From: Paenibacillus algorifonticola
Lineage (GTDB): Bacteria > Bacillota > Bacilli > Paenibacillales > Paenibacillaceae
Length of the DNA stretch: 40,000 nucleotides
Reading direction: 5' to 3'
Assembly: GCF_050481745.1 (NCBI RefSeq)
Contig: NZ_JBCNGR010000013.1
Span: 81,214-121,213 of the forward strand
The notes under the pieces are model-generated. The model was given only the letters and a program-made list of their open reading frames with translations. It ran no database searches and was not told where the DNA came from. This document shows positions 33,924-40,000 of the stretch, piece after piece. Numbering within the stretch: the first letter of the stretch is position 1; every line of letters starts with the position of its first letter. The translations under genes and the position numbers were made by a program.

Positions 33924-35026
33924 GGCATTTCGTCAATCGTAACAAACGTATAGCCTTTCTTCTGCAAGCTATCAATGACGTCTGGCAGCATGTCTACCGT
34001 GTTTTTAATACCTTTGCCTCCAAAAGAATGCATCAATATTATACCACCCGGCTTCGTATGCTCGCTAATGTTCTGCTTCATCACTGCTACAGACGTTCCT
34101 GCCCAGTCACGGGTATCCACATTCCAGCTTACCAATTCTCTTCCTTTGTCCTTCATTAGCTGCTTAACGGTGTTATTCACAGCTCCGTACGGTGCGCGAA
34201 CCAGATTTGGAGTAAAGCCGACAACATCTTTGATCAGCTTATCCGTCGTGGTGATTTCGTCCCATATTTGTTCCTTTGTCAGCTTCGTCAAATCTTTATG
34301 ATGAGTTGTATGATTGCCGATCTCATGGCCTTCGTCCACGATGCGCTGAAGCACCTCGGGGTCCTTCTTCACTTGAACGCCGACTACGAAAAAGGTTGCT
34401 TTAATGCCCTTCTTTTTCAGGATATCCAAAATCTCTGGTGTATAACGGTTATCCGGTCCATCATCAAAGGTTAACGCGACAAGCTTCTGCTCCTTATCCG
34501 GCTTGCTCGTTTCCTTCTCTCCTTGCGGAGACGCCGAAGGCGTTGGCGTAGGAGCCGGCTTGCTCGTTGGTGTAGGCGAGCTTGAAGGCTTAGTTGTATA
34601 TGTACTGGACGTTACGCTCTTTCCCGGTTTCGAGCCTTCACCTTGCGTTTTTCCACCAGTTCCACTGGTTGTACCTGGTGTACCGGAACCAGTCGAAGCA
34701 CCGGACGCGGCGTCCGTTCCTTTGTGAGGGGAATGGGAATCATCGGTGCTCGCCGGATGGCTTGCCGTGTCCGTACCGCTGCTTGTCCCTTCCGACAACG
34801 TCGGATGGTTAATATGGATGGTATCCTCGGATGAAGTGCCCTGCTGGATGTTTGCGCTGCCCTCTTTGCCAGGCATAAGAACCTCCAGGCTCGATGAAGC
34901 CTTAGTTCCGCAGCCGCCAAGCCATAAGGCTAGTGCTACAAGCAGAAAGCTTGCAATTGCTAGTTTTCGTTTTGTTCTCTTGCGCGTCTTCATGCTGCTT
35001 ACTCTAGTTCGTGTGTTATACTTCAT
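33920..35026 (-). CDS. Secreted/lipoprotein polysaccharide deacetylase (NodB domain)
   Basis: LTFDDGP..., HTTHH, and lipobox LWLGGCG followed by an S/T/P/G-rich linker. Start at ATG 35026 (SD AGAAGGGTGA 5 nt upstream). Confidence 0.85.
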   Translation of the reverse strand: MKYNTRTRVSSMKTRKRTKRKLAIASFLLVALALWLGGCGTKASSSLEVLMPGKEGSANIQQGTSSEDTIHINHPTLSEGTSSGTDTASHPASTDDSHSPHKGTDAASGASTGSGTPGTTSGTGGKTQGEGSKPGKSVTSSTYTTKPSSSPTPTSKPAPTPTPSASPQGEKETSKPDKEQKLVALTFDDGPDNRYTPEILDILKKKGIKATFFVVGVQVKKDPEVLQRIVDEGHEIGNHTTHHKDLTKLTKEQIWDEITTTDKLIKDVVGFTPNLVRAPYGAVNNTVKQLMKDKGRELVSWNVDTRDWAGTSVAVMKQNISEHTKPGGIILMHSFGGKGIKNTVDMLPDVIDSLQKKGYTFVTIDEMP

Positions 35027-35185
35027 CCGATTCACCCTTCTATTCCCTGCTGATAGATTTATCTTATCGCATTCATAGACGCAGTGCGTTACAAATTAGT
35101 TACACCATTCGCCCGCATTTGACAGCAAAAGAACCTCCCTATTGCATGCTATAATGAACTGCTAGAATATGGAAAGGAAACGCCT

Positions 35186-35329
35186 GTGAAAAATAAGACT
35201 ATCAAACAAGCTTGTATTGGCTGTCCCCATTGCTATCGTAGCAAACAGCACTATACAAGAAAAAATGGAACGACTTCGGCTCTCGTGTTACTAGGGCGTG
35301 AATGCAAAAGTAAGCGGTTCAGTTCCTGA
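35186..35329 (+). CDS. Speculative 47-aa Cys-rich (CxxCxxC) micro-ORF
   Basis: GTG start with SD GGAAAGGAAA and a perfect extended -10 TGCTATAAT at 35147..35155. Sequence MKNKTIKQACIGCPHCYRSKQHYTRKNGTTSALVLLGRECKSKRFSS. It vaguely resembles degenerate transposase zinc-ribbon N-termini. Confidence 0.3.
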   Translation: MKNKTIKQACIGCPHCYRSKQHYTRKNGTTSALVLLGRECKSKRFSS

Positions 35330-35624
35330 TTATAGCCACCGTTATACTCTTGGCTTCAGGGGCTGGCCCCTTGAACAAAGTTAGACTTAGCGGACACAGC
35401 AGCCGCTATTTCAACCAAATCAAGGGTTATGGCATCGGCTGCGGACTCAGCCACAGCAGTCTCTGCAACAGTTCTTTTACCCACAATGGACTCAGCAATA
35501 CTCGCATAATGGGATTATATAAGCCATTAAATAGGCAGAGAAAATTGGCCTCGAATAAATGCTAAACAAAGAACAGAAAGCCGACTCCAGTTTGCATACA
35601 TACCCTAGTAAATCCATGATTGAA

Positions 35625-35651
35625 TAAAAAAAAGCCGCACATAGGCGGCTT
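35625..35651 (-). terminator. Rho-independent terminator of the pur operon (after purD)
   Basis: On the minus strand: AAGCCGC-CTATGT-GCGGCTT followed by a T8 run. Confidence 0.8.
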
Positions 35652-35703
35652 CAAGCTTTATAAATTTATTTCATATAGGTATGACTACGTTTGAGAAAAA
35701 ACC

Positions 35704-36969
35704 TTAAACTAGCGCTTTCGCCGCAATATCCGTACGGCTCTGCATGCCTTCAAAATGAATAACGCCCACCGCATCATAAGCACGCGCACGCGCTTCTGCA
35801 ATGTCACGGCCGCGGCCGACAACGCCTAGCACGCGTCCGCCACTTGTTACAATCTGGCCGTCCTTCTCAGCTGTTCCCGCATGGAACACAAGTGCGCCTT
35901 GCGCTTCGGCTTTCGCCAGCCCTTCAATGACGCGGCCTTTCGGATATGAAGCCGGATAACCCTCGGAAGCCATAATGACGCAGACCGCCGCTTCATCGCT
36001 CCAAGTAATATCAAGCTGCTCCAATCTGCCGTTCAGCGAAGCCAATACGATGTCGACAAGATCGGTTTCCAGACGCGGAAGCACAACCTGTGTTTCCGGA
36101 TCGCCCATGCGTGCATTAAACTCAATTGTTTTCGGGCCATCCTTCGTAATCATTAGACCGGCGAACAATACGCCGCGGAATGGGCGGCCTTCGCTGACCA
36201 TCGCTTTCGCCGTTGGAATAATAATGTTCTCGATCGACTCGTCAATAATCGCCTGATCAATATGCGGCAGCGGCGTATACGTGCCCATACCGCCCGTATT
36301 CGGGCCTTTATCGCCGTCGAAAATCGGCTTGTGATCCTGTGCCGGAACCATCGCTCGCACCGTCTCGCCATCTACGAAAGCAAGGATGGACATTTCCTGT
36401 CCTTCCAAAAACTCCTCAATGACAATTTGGTTGCCCGCATCGCCAAACACTTTATCCAGCATCGCTTCTTTCAGCGCCTGCTGTGCTTCTTCCATCGTGA
36501 AGGCTACGGTTACACCCTTGCCTGCTGCAAGTCCGTCTGCCTTAATGACGATAGGCGTCTGCTGTGCCTGCAAATAAGCGGAAGCCGCCTCATATTCCGT
36601 AAACGTCTCGTATTTAGCCGTCGGAATATTGTATTTCTTGAGCAAATTTTTCATAAAAATTTTGCTGCCTTCAATTTCCGCTGCCGCTTTATTCGGACCA
36701 TATACCGGAATTTGATGCGCTTCGAACGCATCAACGATGCCATCCGCCAGCGGATCATCCGGACCGATGAATACGAGATCGATAGCTGCATCTTTAGCGA
36801 ACTCGACCAGCTCGTCAAATTGATTGACAGCCAGCGGCACGCATTCTGCCAGCTGTGCGATGCCTGCATTGCCCGGCGCACAATAGATGTGACGAACCTT
36901 CTCGCTTTTTTTCAGCGCCCATACAATCGCATGCTCGCGGCCGCCGCCGCCTACTACTAAAATTCGCAT
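35704..36969 (-). CDS. purD: Phosphoribosylamine-glycine ligase
   Basis: MRILVVGGGGREHAI..., an ATP-grasp fold, and 421 aa that look colinear with PurD. Confidence 0.97.
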   Translation of the reverse strand: MRILVVGGGGREHAIVWALKKSEKVRHIYCAPGNAGIAQLAECVPLAVNQFDELVEFAKDAAIDLVFIGPDDPLADGIVDAFEAHQIPVYGPNKAAAEIEGSKIFMKNLLKKYNIPTAKYETFTEYEAASAYLQAQQTPIVIKADGLAAGKGVTVAFTMEEAQQALKEAMLDKVFGDAGNQIVIEEFLEGQEMSILAFVDGETVRAMVPAQDHKPIFDGDKGPNTGGMGTYTPLPHIDQAIIDESIENIIIPTAKAMVSEGRPFRGVLFAGLMITKDGPKTIEFNARMGDPETQVVLPRLETDLVDIVLASLNGRLEQLDITWSDEAAVCVIMASEGYPASYPKGRVIEGLAKAEAQGALVFHAGTAEKDGQIVTSGGRVLGVVGRGRDIAEARARAYDAVGVIHFEGMQSRTDIAAKALV

Positions 36970-36984
36970 CTTGTCAGCTCCCTC

Positions 36985-38535
36985 TTAATGCTTGAAATGA
37001 CGAACGCCAGTCAGTACCATGGCAATGTTGTTGGCATTTGCTGCGGCAATCGATTCGGCATCTTTAATGGAGCCACCCGTTTGGATAATCGCCGTAATGC
37101 CAGCTTTGGCTGCCAGCTCAACCGTATCGCCCATTGGGAAAAAGGCATCCGAAGCCAGTACAGCGCCAGCGGACTGCGCACCAGCCTGCTCGATTGCGAT
37201 GCGAGCAGCGCCTACGCGGTTCATTTGGCCTGCGCCTACGCCAATCGTCATATTATTTTTCGCCAGCAAAATCGCATTCGATTTCACATGCTTCACGACT
37301 TTCCACCCGAACAGCAATTGCTTCAGCTCTTCCTCGGTCGGCTTGCGGTCGGTTACAAATTGCAGGTCTGCTTCCGTCAGGCTGCGAACATCGCTTTCCT
37401 GTACGAGCATGCCGCCGTCAACCGTCGTCACGAGCAGCTCGGGCTTGCGGTCAGCCGCAGCAACGGTAAGCTCGCCGAGCTTCATGAGGCGAATGTTTTT
37501 CTTTTTCGTCAAAATATCAAGCGCTTCCGGCGTAAAGTCCGGCGCAATAATAATTTCAAGGAAAATTTGGCCCAGCAGCTCAGCTGTGTCTGCGCCGATT
37601 ACGCGGTTCGCAGCAACGATGCCGCCAAAGATCGAGGTCGGATCAGCCGCATACGCTTTTTGATACGCTTCATGAATGTCAGCGCCTGTGCCTACGCCGC
37701 AAGGATTCATATGCTTAACGGCAACAACGGCTGGCTCATCAAATTCCTTCACAATCGCAAGCGCTGCGTTTGCATCATTAATGTTATTGTAGGACAGCTC
37801 TTTGCCGTGCAATTGCTCAGCTGTCGTAATGTTGCCTGACGAAGCGAGCGGCTTGCTGTAGAAAGCAGCCTTCTGATGCGGGTTCTCGCCATAACGGAGA
37901 TCCTGTACTTTTTCATAAGTAACGGTGTAGCTTTCTGGAAGCTCTTCGCCTGTCTGCTTGGACAAATATTCAGCAATCAGCGTATCGTAAGCAGCCGTAT
38001 GGCGGAATACTTTCGCCGTCAAGCGCTTGCGCGTTTCAAGCGTCGTGTCGCCGCCTGCTTTGACTTCTTCCAGCACAGCCGCGTAATCCGCAGCGTCTAC
38101 GACAACGGTAACGAATGCATGGTTTTTCGCAGCAGAACGCAGCATCGTTGGACCGCCGATGTCGATGTTTTCAATCGCATCCGCATATTCAACATCCGGC
38201 TTCGCAATCGTCTGCTTGAACGGATACAGATTCACGACAACGAGGTCGATGTAGCTGAGGCCCAGCTCTTCCATCACCTTTTGGTGCTCTGCATCGTCGC
38301 GTACAGCGAGCAGGCCGCTATGAACAGCAGGGTGCAGCGTTTTGACGCGTCCATCCAAAATTTCCGGGAAACCCGTTACATCGGAAATGCCGATAACCGG
38401 AATGCCCTCTTTTTCCAATAAGCTGAATGTTCCGCCTGTCGAAATAATTTCCACGCCTTGGCTTGCCAGCTCACGCGAAAACTCCACAATACCCGTCTTA
38501 TCGGATACGCTGATTAATGCTCTACGAATAGCCAT
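36985..38535 (-). CDS. purH: Bifunctional AICAR transformylase / IMP cyclohydrolase
   Basis: [15 protein letters not shown]...GGTFSLL... and the C-terminal ...FFPMGD...[10 protein letters not shown] signature. 516 aa. Confidence 0.97.
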   Translation of the reverse strand: MAIRRALISVSDKTGIVEFSRELASQGVEIISTGGTFSLLEKEGIPVIGISDVTGFPEILDGRVKTLHPAVHSGLLAVRDDAEHQKVMEELGLSYIDLVVVNLYPFKQTIAKPDVEYADAIENIDIGGPTMLRSAAKNHAFVTVVVDAADYAAVLEEVKAGGDTTLETRKRLTAKVFRHTAAYDTLIAEYLSKQTGEELPESYTVTYEKVQDLRYGENPHQKAAFYSKPLASSGNITTAEQLHGKELSYNNINDANAALAIVKEFDEPAVVAVKHMNPCGVGTGADIHEAYQKAYAADPTSIFGGIVAANRVIGADTAELLGQIFLEIIIAPDFTPEALDILTKKKNIRLMKLGELTVAAADRKPELLVTTVDGGMLVQESDVRSLTEADLQFVTDRKPTEEELKQLLFGWKVVKHVKSNAILLAKNNMTIGVGAGQMNRVGAARIAIEQAGAQSAGAVLASDAFFPMGDTVELAAKAGITAIIQTGGSIKDAESIAAANANNIAMVLTGVRHFKH

Positions 38536-38602
38536 TCCACAAAGCCCTCCTTTTTGTCTTAACCCTGTTACGTCTAACCGCTTTATCGTTATGAACGCCC
38601 AA

Positions 38603-39229
38603 TCACTCAGCTTGCTTGCTCACATCAATCCGCACCAAGCGTCCGTCCAGCTGTACCCGTCCGCCAGCAATTTGCCGCACGACCTGCGGAAGCAGCTGCT
38701 GCTCGGCCGCATGGATGCGTACCGCAAGTTCATCCTCCGTCTCGCCGTCCGCAACCCCGACCGCCTGCTGGGCAATAATCGGGCCGCTGTCGAGGCCGCC
38801 GTCCACATAATGCACCGTGACGCCCGTCAGCTTCACGCCGTAATCTAGCGCCTGCCCAATAGCATTCATGCCTGGAAACGCTGGCAGCAGCGAAGGATGG
38901 ATATTGATCATCCGCCCATAGAAAGGCTCCACCAGCACAGGCGTAATGATGCGCATATAGCCTGCAAGTACAATCAGCTCAATGCCACGACGCTCAAGCT
39001 CCGCCAAAATCACGCGGTCATGCGCTTCGCGGGACGGATAGTCCTTCGGCTTAAAAACAAATGTTTCTACGCCAGCCTTGCGCGCCCGCTCGATAACCGG
39101 AGCAGACGGCTTATCACAAACAAGAAGCTCGATAGTTGCATCGAGCTCCCCCTGCCATGCCGCATCGGCCAAGGCTTGAAAATTGGTGCCTTGACCAGAT
39201 GCAAATACGGCTATACGCTTCGCTGCCAT
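38603..39229 (-). CDS. purN: Phosphoribosylglycinamide formyltransferase
   Basis: [15 protein letters not shown]..., [27 protein letters not shown]. The ATG overlaps the purM stop (TAATG). Confidence 0.95.
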   Translation of the reverse strand: MAAKRIAVFASGQGTNFQALADAAWQGELDATIELLVCDKPSAPVIERARKAGVETFVFKPKDYPSREAHDRVILAELERRGIELIVLAGYMRIITPVLVEPFYGRMINIHPSLLPAFPGMNAIGQALDYGVKLTGVTVHYVDGGLDSGPIIAQQAVGVADGETEDELAVRIHAAEQQLLPQVVRQIAGGRVQLDGRLVRIDVSKQAE

Positions 39230-40000
39230 TACACCGTCGCTCCTGTAAACGTGACGATGCGGCTGCCTTCCGTTACGGTTCCAATGCGGTAAGCTTTCTC
39301 GCCAAGCTCATTTGCTACGCGAAGCGCTTCTTCCGCTTCATCAGCCGGTACAACGACTACGAGGCCAATGCCCATATTAAACGTCGTGAACATGTCACGA
39401 TTCGTAATTGAACCTTTTTCCTGCATGAGGCCAAAAATGTTGTGGATCGGCCAAGAGCCGTATTCCACATTGACGTTCACGCCTTCCGGCAATACGCGCG
39501 GAATATTCTCGATGAAGCCGCCGCCTGTAATATGCGCCATGCCTTTCACCTTCACTTGCTCAATCAGCTTAAGCGCCGATTTCACATAAATGCGCGTTGG
39601 CTCGATCAATACATCGCCAAGCTTCGCGCCATCAAGCTCTGCCAGCTCCTGATCCAGCGCATAGCCGCTCTCTTCCAGAAGCAATCTGCGAACGAGCGAA
39701 TAGCCATTGCTGTGAATGCCGCTTGACGCAAGTCCAATTACTGCGTCTCCGGGCGCAATGGTCGTGCCGTCGATGATTTTTTTCTTATCGACAACGCCGA
39801 CCGTAAAGCCCGCGATATCGTATTCGTCGCCTTGGTACATGCCTGGCATTTCCGCTGTCTCGCCGCCAATTAGTGCGCAGCCTGCCTGTACGCAGCCGTC
39901 TGCGATGCCTTTAACGACCGCTTCGATTTTCTCAGGCACGACTTTGCCGCAAGCGAGGTAATCGAGGAAGAACAAAGGCTCAGCGCCTTGTACAATGATG
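39229..40000 (-). CDS. purM: Phosphoribosylformylglycinamidine cyclo-ligase, C-terminal part; the gene continues past the right edge
   Basis: LFFLDYLACGK...GGETAEMPGMY...AHITGGGF. The frame stays open to position 40000. The ORF-track Met at 39975 is internal. Confidence 0.95.
   Translation of the reverse strand, partial: IIVQGAEPLFFLDYLACGKVVPEKIEAVVKGIADGCVQAGCALIGGETAEMPGMYQGDEYDIAGFTVGVVDKKKIIDGTTIAPGDAVIGLASSGIHSNGYSLVRRLLLEESGYALDQELAELDGAKLGDVLIEPTRIYVKSALKLIEQVKVKGMAHITGGGFIENIPRVLPEGVNVNVEYGSWPIHNIFGLMQEKGSITNRDMFTTFNMGIGLVVVVPADEAEEALRVANELGEKAYRIGTVTEGSRIVTFTGATV

Noticed and set aside
35119-35155. A consensus TTGACA (35119..35124) paired with TATAAT (35150..35155) as a full sigma-A promoter.
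   Set aside because: The spacer is 25 nt, far from the 16-18 nt optimum. Only the TG-extended -10 is credible, so the -35 was not used as evidence.
19919-39961. Many long antisense or alternative-frame ORFs in the GC-rich half, for example 19919..20308, 20408..20851, 21822..22385, 24493..24909, 25567..26079, 26368..27258, 29365..30009, 36262..36960, 36988..37839, 37876..38421 and 38342..38848.
   Set aside because: All lie opposite or out of frame to confidently recognised genes (rlmCD, dagK, pit, ykaA, purD, purH and others). Their low-complexity, Arg/Ala/Ser-rich translations are typical of shadow ORFs in GC-rich DNA, and they lack SD sequences.
1-40000. A search by eye for tRNA or rRNA genes, CRISPR arrays, integrase/recombinase or transposase genes, DNA methyltransferase motifs (DPPY/NPPY, FxGxG) and toxin-antitoxin pairs.
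   Set aside because: Nothing convincing was found in any frame of the ORF track or in the intergenic regions. The island's mobility genes, if any, and the rest of the restriction arm probably lie to the left of the window. tRNAscan/Infernal and HMM scans should confirm this.

Overview
The window has two halves that differ visibly in base composition (judged by eye, not computed). Positions 1 to about 19890 are an AT-rich accessory island whose left end lies beyond the window. Positions 19898 to 40000 are GC-richer Bacillales core, probably Paenibacillus-like. The core order is purM-purN-purH-purD ... yerB-like ... pit/ykaA ... yerC-like ... dagK-rlmCD, which is compressed synteny with B. subtilis. 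The island is almost entirely minus-strand and looks like a Dpd-type 7-deazaguanine DNA modification/restriction locus in an unusual layout. It carries queC-queD-queE with no queF, so the pathway would stop at preQ0. It also carries two different TGT-superfamily (DpdA-like) proteins, one of them fused to a ~280-aa N-terminal domain. Other parts are a VUT/YhhQ-type transporter with a damaged start, two orphan ORFs, a SNF2 helicase and a RecQ-like helicase. A module of a ~260-300-aa protein followed by a giant P-loop ATPase occurs twice. A plus-strand MBL-fold hydrolase gene is split by a frameshift in an A7 run. I could not recognise a DGQHR-type DpdB, a DpdC, a PLD nuclease, a methyltransferase, an integrase, a tRNA, an rRNA or a CRISPR array in this window. 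All calls rest on reading the ORF translations, motifs and hand-indexed hairpins. No database search was possible, so family assignments beyond the housekeeping genes are hypotheses.
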